A stretch of DNA of 64,000 nt, taken from the NCBI GenBank assembly GCA_035527835.1, contig DATKZS010000196.1, positions 1,058-65,057 of the forward strand, written 5' to 3'. The position numbers and the translations under genes were made by a program. Shown piece by piece: positions 28,759 to 37,342 of this stretch (the first letter of the stretch is position 1; each line of letters opens with the position of its first letter). Source of the DNA: a bacterium. GTDB taxonomy: Bacteria > RBG-13-61-14 > DATKZS01. Below the pieces are notes generated by a model. It was not told the origin of the DNA. It ran no database searches and saw nothing but the letters and a program-made list of their open reading frames with translations.

Positions 28759-29829
28759 ATGGCCCTCAAGATCGCGGTCAAGAAAACCGACCAGCCCGGC
28801 GCGCTGCCGCCGGACGATGCGCTCGGGTTCGGCAAGATTTTCACCGACCACATGTTCATCATGGATTACACCAAGGGCAAGGGCTGGCACGACGCGCGGA
28901 TCGTTCCTTACGGCCCGTTCGTGCTGGACCCGGCCACCATCATGCTCCATTACGGCCAGGCCACGTTCGAGGGGCTCAAGGCCTTCCACGCCGGCGACCG
29001 CATCCAGCTCTTCCGGCCGCAGGCCAACATCCTGCGCATGAACAAGTCCAACGCGCGCGTGTGCATCCCGCCGCTGGATCCTGACGACCACCTCCAGGCC
29101 ATCACCGCGCTGGTCGGACTGGAGAGCCGCTGGGTGCCCAGGAACGAAGGCACCGCGCTCTACATCCGGCCGACCGTGATCGCGACCGAGCCGTTCATCG
29201 GGGTGCACGTGTCGGACCGCTACATTTTCTTCATCATCCTGTCGCCGGTGGGGGCGTACTACAAGGAGGGGTTCAGCCCGGTGAAGATCCTGGTGGAGGA
29301 CGAGTACATCCGGGCGGCGGCGGGCGGTCTCGGCGAGGCCAAGACGCCGGCGAATTACGCGGCCAGCCTGCTGGCGGCGGAGAAGGCGCAGAAAAAGGGG
29401 TTCACCCAGGTGCTGTGGCTCGACGGGGTCGAGCGCAAGTGGATCGAGGAAGTGGGCACCATGAACATCTTCTTCCTGATCGGCGACGAGCTGGTCACGG
29501 CGCCGCTCGCCGGGACCATCCTCCCCGGCGTGACCCGCGACAGCGTGCTCAAGCTCACGCGCGAATGGGGCCTGAAGGTTTCCGAGCGCAGGCTCTCGAT
29601 TGGCGAGGTGATGAAGGCCGCGCAAGACGGGTCGCTCCAGGAGTGCTTCGGCACGGGCACGGCCGCGATCATCTCCCCGGTCGGCTCGCTCACTTACAAG
29701 GACCAGACGGTTTCGGTGACCGGCGGCAAGGTCGGGCCCTTGGCGCAAAAACTCTACGACACCATCACCGGCATCCAGTACGGCAAGCTCAAGGACCCGT
29801 ACGGGTGGACCGTGGTGGTGGAGACGTGA
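28759..29829 (+). CDS. ilvE: branched-chain amino acid aminotransferase
   Basis: Class IV aminotransferase motifs (FEGLKAF, EVGTMNIFF, GTILPGVTR). ATG at 28759 with a GGGAGG Shine-Dalgarno. Confidence 0.92.
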   Translation: MALKIAVKKTDQPGALPPDDALGFGKIFTDHMFIMDYTKGKGWHDARIVPYGPFVLDPATIMLHYGQATFEGLKAFHAGDRIQLFRPQANILRMNKSNARVCIPPLDPDDHLQAITALVGLESRWVPRNEGTALYIRPTVIATEPFIGVHVSDRYIFFIILSPVGAYYKEGFSPVKILVEDEYIRAAAGGLGEAKTPANYAASLLAAEKAQKKGFTQVLWLDGVERKWIEEVGTMNIFFLIGDELVTAPLAGTILPGVTRDSVLKLTREWGLKVSERRLSIGEVMKAAQDGSLQECFGTGTAAIISPVGSLTYKDQTVSVTGGKVGPLAQKLYDTITGIQYGKLKDPYGWTVVVET

Positions 29830-29881
29830 AGAGAGTAGCAAGTAGCCGGTAGCCAGTAGCAAGGGGAAGACGGCGTGCAGA

Positions 29882-29912
29882 GGGACGGCGGAAGGGGCCG
29901 TCCCTTTTTATT
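29882..29912 (+). terminator. rho-independent terminator after ilvE
   Basis: GGGACGGC-GGAAGG-GGCCGTCCC followed by TTTTTATTT. Confidence 0.6.
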
Positions 29913-29997
29913 TGCGCGCAAGAAAACTTATGATGTTGATGGGCGTTATTGGAGCTTGAAGCAAGGTGACCGCAATCAAGGGACGGGAGGGAAGGCC

Positions 29998-32271
29998 ATG
30001 AAAAACGCGGGCTGGAAGATATGGGCGGCGGCGGTGCTGCTGGGGCTGGCGGCGTGCACGAGCGGGGCGGGGGGAGGCAATAAGCCGATCTCGCTCCTGC
30101 CGGCGTTTTCGGGCGAGGACCTGGCGGCGAAGCTGGGGAGCTATTACGCGCCGGTGCGGTCCGACGTGCAGCCGAGCGTGCCCGCATATAACCTTCCCCT
30201 CGCGCCCGCGGACATTCAGAACCTCGACGACGTGCTCGCCAAGATCGGCCTCGCCGTCCCCGCCCGCGACAAGCTGCTTCAGAACGGCTTTGCCACCGTC
30301 TCCTTCGGCAGCCTGGACGACATCGTCGCGGCCTACGACCGGATCAAGGAGCTGGAGATGCCGGTGTTCGTCACCACCGACTCCGTGCTCCACTTGTACC
30401 ACATCCAGTTCGACGAGACGCTGCGGGTGATCGAGGAGAAGGAATTTTATCCGGACCTCACGGCCCTGACCCGCGTGTTCCGGGCCGAGATGGAAAAGCG
30501 GTATGGAGCGAGCAAGGGCCTGGAGAAGACGGCGTACAAGAAGGGCCTCGCCTATTTCGCGGTGGCGGAGAAGCTGCTCGACCCCGAGGCCCGGGTCCCG
30601 GCGTCAGTGCAAGATTGGGTGGACACCGAGCTCGGCTACATCGAAAAGCACGGGGGCTTCGAGGACAGCCCGATCTTCACCTACCGGGAGGACTACTCGC
30701 AGTACGTCCCGCGCGGGCATTATACGAGGAGCGAGGAGCTGAAAAGGTACTTCAAGGCCATGATGTGGTACGGCCGGCTGACCATGCTGATCAAGGGCAG
30801 CGACGAGAGCGGGCCGGACGCGCATTTTGACGCGCTGGTCTCGAAGGAAGAGGCGCAGGCGCAGACCATGCTGGGCGCGGCCATCGCCTCTCTGTTCGGC
30901 GAGCTTCAGGTGGGCGACCGGAGCGCGGCCCAGGTGTGGGAGCGCATCTACGCGGTGACGGCTTACTACGTGGGCCTGGCCGACGACCTCACCCCGCAGG
31001 ACTACGTCAAGGCGCTCGGCGAGGTGTTCGGCGACAAGTTCGAGCCGGGCGCGTTGGCCGACCCCGCCGTCTTCGGGAAGTTCCAGGACCGGATCGCGCG
31101 CCTGAAGCCGCCGGCCATTTACAGCGGCACCGGCGAGTCCGGGGTCAACATGGACCTGCAGCCGGACCGCGCGCTCTCGCCCGAGCAGCTCGACCGCATC
31201 CTCGGCAAGACCATGGGCTTCCGCATGATGGGCCAGCGCTACATTCCCGATTCCTACATCCTGGGCCAGTTGGTGGCGCCGGTGGTGGGCAGCGGACTGG
31301 GCGCGCCGGCCTTTACCACGGTCATGATCCCCGACTTCGGCCCCATCCGCGGCTTTCCCCGCGGGCTCGACGTCATGGCCGTGCTCGGCTCCGACCGTGC
31401 GCTCGCGGTCATGGACTCGCTTGGCGACACCAACTACGCCAAGTACCAGGACCAGATGAAGAAGCTCCGCGACGAGTTCGGAAAGATCTCCGTCTCCGAC
31501 TGGAACCGCAACCTTTATTGGTCCTGGCTTTACGCGCTGAAGGGATTGACCGAGCCGACCCGCGGCCCGGGCTGGCCCACCTTCATGACCACCGATACCT
31601 GGGCCGACAAGCAGCTCAACGCCGCGCTCGGCTCCTGGTCCAGCCTCCGCCACGACACCATCCTCTACGCCAAGCAGAGCTACACCCCCACCATCACCGC
31701 CGAGTCGGCCCCTCCGCCGCGGCCTAGCCCCAAGCCGGTGGTCGGCTACGTCGAGCCGGCGCCCGAGTTCTACGCGCGGCTGGTCGCGCTCACCCGCATG
31801 AGCGAGAAGGGACTCAAGGAGATGAAGGTGCTCGATGACGAATCGCTGGGCCGGCTCCAGTCGCTGGGGGCGATCCTGGCGCGGCTGCAGGCGCTTTCGG
31901 AAAAGGAGCTGAAGAACGAGGAGCTGACGGAAGAGGACTACGCATTCATCCGGAATTTCGGCGAGCGCCTGTCGGCGGTGGTGAGCGGCGCTTCCGAGGC
32001 GGGCCAGAAAACGACGCTGATCGCGGACGTGCACACGGACCAGAACACCGGCCAGGTGCTGGAGGAAGGCACGGGGTATCTCAGGCTGATGCTGGTGGCC
32101 TACAAGCTGCCGCAGGGCCACGTCCTGGTCGGCGCCGGGCCCGTCTTCTCCTACTACGAGTTCAAGCACCCCATGTCCGACCGCCTCACCGACGAGAAAT
32201 GGCGGACCATGCTGCAGGGCCGGGACCAGCCCAGGCTGCCGGAATGGACGGGAAGCTTCGCGGCGGAGTGA
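29998..32271 (+). CDS. secreted lipoprotein of unknown function (possibly DUF3160-like)
   Basis: Lipoprotein signal MKNAGWKIWAAAVLLGLAAC. 757-aa mature protein. GGGAGGG Shine-Dalgarno. Family name is from memory only. Confidence 0.65.
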   Translation: MKNAGWKIWAAAVLLGLAACTSGAGGGNKPISLLPAFSGEDLAAKLGSYYAPVRSDVQPSVPAYNLPLAPADIQNLDDVLAKIGLAVPARDKLLQNGFATVSFGSLDDIVAAYDRIKELEMPVFVTTDSVLHLYHIQFDETLRVIEEKEFYPDLTALTRVFRAEMEKRYGASKGLEKTAYKKGLAYFAVAEKLLDPEARVPASVQDWVDTELGYIEKHGGFEDSPIFTYREDYSQYVPRGHYTRSEELKRYFKAMMWYGRLTMLIKGSDESGPDAHFDALVSKEEAQAQTMLGAAIASLFGELQVGDRSAAQVWERIYAVTAYYVGLADDLTPQDYVKALGEVFGDKFEPGALADPAVFGKFQDRIARLKPPAIYSGTGESGVNMDLQPDRALSPEQLDRILGKTMGFRMMGQRYIPDSYILGQLVAPVVGSGLGAPAFTTVMIPDFGPIRGFPRGLDVMAVLGSDRALAVMDSLGDTNYAKYQDQMKKLRDEFGKISVSDWNRNLYWSWLYALKGLTEPTRGPGWPTFMTTDTWADKQLNAALGSWSSLRHDTILYAKQSYTPTITAESAPPPRPSPKPVVGYVEPAPEFYARLVALTRMSEKGLKEMKVLDDESLGRLQSLGAILARLQALSEKELKNEELTEEDYAFIRNFGERLSAVVSGASEAGQKTTLIADVHTDQNTGQVLEEGTGYLRLMLVAYKLPQGHVLVGAGPVFSYYEFKHPMSDRLTDEKWRTMLQGRDQPRLPEWTGSFAAE

Positions 32272-32376
32272 GGCGAAGATAGAATCAAGAATCAAGAATA
32301 CAGAATCGAGAAGATAGGAGTCAGTCGTCCGCGGTGTTCCGGGTGCGCTGTTTTAAGCTGGCCGTCTCTTTTTCGG

Positions 32377-32477
32377 GCGCCCTGAAAGGGCAATAATAAG
32401 ATAGCCCGGGGTTGGCCGTCTTCGGCCTACCCTGGGTTATCGGCGACAATAATATCCTTTTCAGCCCTGAAGGGGCG
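32377..32477 (-). repeat. REP-like triple-hairpin element, copy 5 (reverse orientation, 3' of the OYE gene)
   Basis: Reverse complement matches the other copies. Confidence 0.8.
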
Positions 32478-32528
32478 TAATCAAAGCGGGCAATGGTATC
32501 TGAGATGCGACATGATCAGGCTTAATAA

Positions 32529-33641
32529 TTATGAAGACCTATCTTTCTTGTGCCGCTCCCGGTACTCGACCATGCACTCGACGCCGTTTCCGTACTTGAC
32601 CGTGCCGAAGCACTTGCTGCACGAGATGCACCGGGCCTTGGCCGGGTCGCCCTGCTTCCAGCGCTTGACCAGTCCCGGCTCGCGGATGAATGGCCGGGAC
32701 ATGGAAACGAAGTCAACCGCGCCCGACCCGAGCGCGCGGTTGATGACCGCGGGGCTCCGCCACCCGCCCACGCTGATCACCGGGCACTTGACTTGGGCCT
32801 TCACCATCTTGGCCAGCTCCAGGAGATACGCCTCGTCCTTCTCCTCCCGGATGCCCGTGCGCGACGGGTTAAGCTTGCCCGACGCCCGCATCCCGCCGCT
32901 CACCTCGATCGCGTCAATGCCCGCCTCCGCCAGCGCCCGCGCCACCGGCAGCGCCTCCGTCGGCGTCACCGAGCCTTCCACGAAATCGTCGAGGCTCAGC
33001 TTGATGAATACCGCGAGCCGGCCCGCGTTTTTCCGCACCGCCTGGTACACCTCCATCACGAACCGTTGCGGGTCGCCGTACTCGTCGTCGCGGATATTGA
33101 AGCGCGGGCTCATGAACTGGTCAAGAAGGTAGCCGTGCGCGCCGTGGATCTGCACGGCGTCGAACCCGGCCGCCGCCGCGCGCGCCGCCCCCTCGCCGAA
33201 CACTCCGGCCAGCTCCCTGACCTCGCCGGTGGACAGCGCGCGGGGGGTGATGTTCGAGGACGGATGCAGCACCGCGGACGGGCCCACCGGCTCCACCCCG
33301 CCCAGGTCCTCCGCCGTGGCCTGCGCGCCCACGTGCGCGAGCTGAGCGCTGATCCGGCCGCCGGCCTTATGCACCGCGTCCGCGAGGCGCTGGAAGCCCT
33401 CCGTCTGATCGTCGGAATAAATCCCGGCCATGCCGCGGAGTGCCTTGCTCCCGGCCGCCACCGCGGTGATGCCCAGGACGATCAGCCCGATCCCGCCCCC
33501 GGCCAGCCGGACCATGTACTCGATGTGCTTGTCCGTCACCCGGCCCTGCTCATCGGCCAGGGCCTCCCAGGTGGCGGAGCGGATGATCCGGTTCGGGAGC
33601 TCGAGGCCGCCGATCCTGCCGGGAGTGAACATGTCAACCAT
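32529..33641 (-). CDS. NADH:flavin oxidoreductase (Old Yellow Enzyme family) with C-terminal Cys cluster
   Basis: OYE TIM-barrel motifs (RIIRSATWE, HGAHGYLLDQF). C-terminal CISCSKC...C. ATG MVDMF start. The track start is a TTG inside the upstream palindrome. Confidence 0.85.
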   Translation of the reverse strand: MVDMFTPGRIGGLELPNRIIRSATWEALADEQGRVTDKHIEYMVRLAGGGIGLIVLGITAVAAGSKALRGMAGIYSDDQTEGFQRLADAVHKAGGRISAQLAHVGAQATAEDLGGVEPVGPSAVLHPSSNITPRALSTGEVRELAGVFGEGAARAAAAGFDAVQIHGAHGYLLDQFMSPRFNIRDDEYGDPQRFVMEVYQAVRKNAGRLAVFIKLSLDDFVEGSVTPTEALPVARALAEAGIDAIEVSGGMRASGKLNPSRTGIREEKDEAYLLELAKMVKAQVKCPVISVGGWRSPAVINRALGSGAVDFVSMSRPFIREPGLVKRWKQGDPAKARCISCSKCFGTVKYGNGVECMVEYRERHKKDRSS

Positions 33642-33669
33642 GATAACCACCTTGGAAGAAGAAATAGCT

Positions 33670-33739
33670 AACAAGGATGTTAAGGATCTTCAGGATAAAG
33701 ACGAGAACAATTATCCTTAATATCCTTAACATCCTTGTT
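33670..33739. repeat. AGGAT-nonamer palindrome, copy 3 (immediately upstream of the OYE gene start)
   Basis: AACAAGGATGTTAAGGATCTTCAGGAT ... ATCCTTAATATCCTTAACATCCTTGTT. Confidence 0.75.
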
Positions 33740-33778
33740 ATTAAATTCTTGTCGGAGTTATGAAACCGGAGCTTCTTT

Positions 33779-34159
33779 TCAGCTCCCCAGCTTGTCCTGG
33801 GCCACGTCCTTGACCCGGCTCACCATCTCGTCGAAGTTGTTGGACTTGATGATAAAGGCCTCGGCCCCGAACTCGAAGCACAGGTCCATGAGCGCGGCGT
33901 CTTTCTTGCCCGAGTGGATCACGATCACGATGCTCTTGGTCACCGGGCTTTTCTTGAGGGTCCGGCAGATCTCGATGCCGTCGAGTCCCGGCATCATGAT
34001 GTCGAGCAGGATGATCTGCGGCTTTTCCTCCAGGACCCGCTTGTAGACCTCCAAAGAGGTGTCCACGGTGGTGACCTCGAAGCCGGCCTCCTGGAGCGCG
34101 TCCTTGGTCATGGCCAGGAGCAGCCTGTTATCGTCAGCGACCAGAATTTTCACGGGCAT
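33779..34159 (-). CDS. single-domain response regulator (CheY-like receiver)
   Basis: KILVADD ... ILLDIMMPGLDG ... receiver signature. Confidence 0.9.
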   Translation of the reverse strand: MPVKILVADDNRLLLAMTKDALQEAGFEVTTVDTSLEVYKRVLEEKPQIILLDIMMPGLDGIEICRTLKKSPVTKSIVIVIHSGKKDAALMDLCFEFGAEAFIIKSNNFDEMVSRVKDVAQDKLGS

Positions 34160-34192
34160 TATATTTTCCCTTTATCTTGTGCCGGGCGGGCC

Positions 34193-34717
34193 TCAGGTTC
34201 TCCGGGGCCGCCGCAGCGCGATGGACAGCGCCGTGGTCAGCTTCTTCACGTCCTGGTTGGTCTTGCGCAGCCGCTCGGCGATGATCTTGGCGATGTTGAG
34301 CAGGATGCGGTGCGCGCTCTTCAAGTCCTCCTCGGAAAAGCTCTGGAAATCCCCGCTGGTGATGGAAAGCAGCTTGCCTTCACTCAGCGCCACGATGGTG
34401 GCCGAGCGCTTGTCCGACTTGAAGATGAACGCCATCTCTCCGAACATGGCCCCGGACCCGAGCTTCACCAGCACCTTGTCCATGGCCGAGGCCTCTTCCT
34501 CCCACAGCCGCGGGCCCAGGGTGATGGACATCGTGATCTCGACCTGGCCCTGCTCGATGATATAGACGCAGTCGCCCTCGTCGCCTTCCTTGATTATCAC
34601 ATCACCGGCCTTCATTTCAACCGGGCGGCAAATCTTCGACAGCAGGGCGAGGCCCTCCTCGGACACTCCCGAGAAGGCCGCCACCTTTTTCAGGAACTCG
34701 ACCGTGGCGTCGCTCAT
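34193..34717 (-). CDS. cyclic-nucleotide-binding domain protein
   Basis: cNMP-binding fold with FGEMA and RSATIVA motifs. Confidence 0.85.
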   Translation of the reverse strand: MSDATVEFLKKVAAFSGVSEEGLALLSKICRPVEMKAGDVIIKEGDEGDCVYIIEQGQVEITMSITLGPRLWEEEASAMDKVLVKLGSGAMFGEMAFIFKSDKRSATIVALSEGKLLSITSGDFQSFSEEDLKSAHRILLNIAKIIAERLRKTNQDVKKLTTALSIALRRPRRT

Positions 34718-34718
34718 G

Positions 34719-35990
34719 TCAGGCCCCCGCGCCGGGCGTCTTGTCGCCCTGGTCCGCGATCAGCAGGGCGAGGTCGTTCTTCTGCACCTTGTAACTATCG
34801 GGAGGGTTGATGCGCAGCTTCATGGCGCTGCCCTTGGTGAAATAGTCCTCCTCCATCCCCTCGAACTGCCGCTTGATGAAAAGGTCTATGGCCGACATGT
34901 CCTCCGACAAGATGTCGTCCAGCGACATCCCCCGCTCCTCCTCGCTCACCACCCCGATCACCAGCGCGCCCCGCTTCTCCCGGAAATGCCGGGAGAGCGC
35001 CGCGAAGTCCTGCTCCACCAGCGAGAGCGGGATCTTGGCCTGCTGGATCAGCGAGCCCCGCCACGGGTATAAGAGCTCCTCCACCGCCAGGGTCACCCCC
35101 GGCGCCGTGATGGCGTTCGCCAGCAGGTAATCGTCGTGGCCGCCGATCACCACCACCTGGTCCACCTGCGCCCGCTTCAGGTGCGAGACGTTCTGCTCCT
35201 CCACCAGCTCCGCGCAGACCTTCACCGCGTGGTTCATGGACTTCACCGCCAGCGCGCACAACACCGTGCGCTCGTCCGCCTTGGCGTAACCCTCCCCGAT
35301 CGAGCCGTCCGCCAGGATGGCCACGCTCCGCGCGAAACCGACGTTCGCCCGCTGCAGCACGCTCTCGTGCACGAAATCGCCCCGCACGAACCGCAGGCCC
35401 TGCCGCTTGAACTGGAACAGGAGCTCGCTGATCTCCGCCTCGGCAAGGTTGTTCACCAGCGCCACCTGGGCCCCGTCGCGCGTGTCACGGTAGATGATGT
35501 CCAGAAGCGACTTGCCACGCGCGTTCCACCCGCAAATCACGATGTGGTTGCGCCACGTCACCTTCTCCATGCCCTTGCCCTCCAATAGCCGCTTCTCCAC
35601 GAACCACGATACAATCGTCGCCGTCAGCACCGACGTCAGGATCATGCTGGAGAGGATCACCAGGACGGTGAGCCCCCGACCCCACGCCGTGTGCGGGGTG
35701 ATGTCCCCGTAACCCGTGGTCGTTCCTGAAATGAACATCCAGTAGATGGCCTTCCCGAAACTGGTGATCCACTTGCCCGGGTCCCGCGGGTGCAGACTGA
35801 GCGCCGCCCTCTTCTCGATGAAAAATACCGCGAGCCCCAGCGCGAACGCGATCAAGCCCACCAGCACCATCAGCCGCACCGAGGGCTCGTGCAATATCCG
35901 GTCCTTTAAATCCCGGAACGACTCGCGCGCCCCGATCGCCTGCTCGCGCGCCCAGCCCCGGAGCTCCCGATTCTCCGTAACTTTGCTCAT
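34719..35990 (-). CDS. potassium channel with RCK/TrkA-N domains
   Basis: Selectivity filter TTGYGD. Two TM helices flanking the pore. RCK Rossmann motif HIVICGWNARG. ATG at 35990 (MSKVTENR). Confidence 0.85.
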   Translation of the reverse strand: MSKVTENRELRGWAREQAIGARESFRDLKDRILHEPSVRLMVLVGLIAFALGLAVFFIEKRAALSLHPRDPGKWITSFGKAIYWMFISGTTTGYGDITPHTAWGRGLTVLVILSSMILTSVLTATIVSWFVEKRLLEGKGMEKVTWRNHIVICGWNARGKSLLDIIYRDTRDGAQVALVNNLAEAEISELLFQFKRQGLRFVRGDFVHESVLQRANVGFARSVAILADGSIGEGYAKADERTVLCALAVKSMNHAVKVCAELVEEQNVSHLKRAQVDQVVVIGGHDDYLLANAITAPGVTLAVEELLYPWRGSLIQQAKIPLSLVEQDFAALSRHFREKRGALVIGVVSEEERGMSLDDILSEDMSAIDLFIKRQFEGMEEDYFTKGSAMKLRINPPDSYKVQKNDLALLIADQGDKTPGAGA

Positions 35991-36069
35991 TAAATGATGG
36001 CTCGTCCGACCAATTACGGTATCATGACGGCGGCGCACATTCAAGATGGTTCGCGCGCGCGAGAACGGA

Positions 36070-36170
36070 TAATATGGGCGCGGATCGCGTAGAGCGTAGA
36101 GCGCGGGGCGAATGGCGTAAATCAAATCAGCGCCAAAGTAACGGTCTTTAACGCCCTGCGCCCTTCGCTC
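36070..36170. repeat. heptamer-arm hairpin (GCGTAGA)n in the divergent promoter region between the K+ channel and GNAT genes
   Basis: GCGTAGAGCGTAGAGCG ... CGCTCTACGCTCTACGCTTTACGC. Confidence 0.65.
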
Positions 36171-36248
36171 TACGCTCTACGCTTTACGCTCTGCTCTTGA
36201 CCCGCCGCCCCCGCGTCTATATCCTGAATTCAGGCTTGGGGTGAACGG

Positions 36249-36833
36249 ATGTTATTGCCGGAAAAGCAAATGCCGCTGGAATTTGACGCGGCCGGGGAAT
36301 TTTCCCGGGCCCTGGTGCAAACCAAGGACGGCCGCGAGTTCGTGGTCCGGCCCTGCCGCCCCGCTGACCGGCCGCTCCTGGAGCGGATGTTCCGGTCGTG
36401 CTCCAAGGAAACCCTCTACACCCGTTTTCTGTCCCCCGGGCTCGGCGTGCCCCTGCGCTACCTCGACCGCCTCATGCGCCACAACCCGCCGTCCGTCATC
36501 TCGCTCATGGCCGAGTGCGGCGAAGACGGCGAGCCACGGGCCGTCGCTCTCATGAACTTCGTCGAGACCGGGCCGGAAAACCACGGCGAGATCGCGATCG
36601 TGGTCCAGGACGAATTCCAGAACAACGGCCTGGGCTCAGTTATGCTCCAGCTCCTCTATGAGCTGGCCCGCAAAAAAGGCGTCAAAAAATTCGTCGCCGA
36701 CATTGACGCCAGCAACCGCCGCGTCTTCCACCTCATTAAGAGGAGCGCCATGCCCTGCACCATCAGCATCTTCCAGGGCGTGGCCCACGCCGAGCTGGAC
36801 ATGACGGCGGCGCCGTCCGGGCGCTCATCGTAG
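36249..36833 (+). CDS. GNAT-family N-acetyltransferase
   Basis: Acetyl-CoA binding motif QNNGLGSVMLQ and the general GNAT fold pattern. Confidence 0.8.
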   Translation: MLLPEKQMPLEFDAAGEFSRALVQTKDGREFVVRPCRPADRPLLERMFRSCSKETLYTRFLSPGLGVPLRYLDRLMRHNPPSVISLMAECGEDGEPRAVALMNFVETGPENHGEIAIVVQDEFQNNGLGSVMLQLLYELARKKGVKKFVADIDASNRRVFHLIKRSAMPCTISIFQGVAHAELDMTAAPSGRSS

Positions 36834-36959
36834 CGCCGGCATCCTGCCGGCCGCCTGCTAATCGTAGCGGCGGGCCTGAAGCCCCTCCCCGTTTTCCCTT
36901 TGCATCCTTGCAAGGCCCGCTCCCGCTCCTTATAATAAGCGGGAAGAGACCGAAGCCTG

Positions 36960-37313
36960 ATGATGAAAACAAGGCAATACCTTCGCGTGCCCATCCCGAC
37001 GCCGGTGCGGATCAAGGTGACGGAACGGGATGAGGAGTTCCGGCTGGCCAGCATCGAGGACATCAGTTGGGGCGGCGCCTTCGTGATCATGAAGACGCCG
37101 GCGCCCAAGGGCTCGCGTATCATCCTGCAATTCCTCTTTTCCGACGAGAGCGTGATCCTGGAGCTGTGGGGGACCGTGGTCCGGGTGCGGCCGGCCACTG
37201 ACGGGGCCCTCGCCGGCGTCGGCGTCGAGTTCGATTCCCTGGACTACGACGCGCAGAGCCTGATCCAGCGCCTGGTGGATGAAGAGATCCGCGCGGTCGT
37301 CCTGAACGTGTGA
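36960..37313 (+). CDS. PilZ-domain protein
   Basis: RxxxR (RVPIPTPVR) and D-x-S-x-GG (IEDISWGGAF) c-di-GMP-binding motifs. Confidence 0.8.
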   Translation: MMKTRQYLRVPIPTPVRIKVTERDEEFRLASIEDISWGGAFVIMKTPAPKGSRIILQFLFSDESVILELWGTVVRVRPATDGALAGVGVEFDSLDYDAQSLIQRLVDEEIRAVVLNV

Positions 37314-37342
37314 TCCATGACCGCTTGCTTCACGCTGGCCCG

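Noticed and set aside
29875-29997. N-terminal extension of the lipoprotein ORF from 29875
   Set aside because: It contains the ilvE terminator hairpin. A strong Shine-Dalgarno and ATG at 29998 begin a canonical lipoprotein signal.
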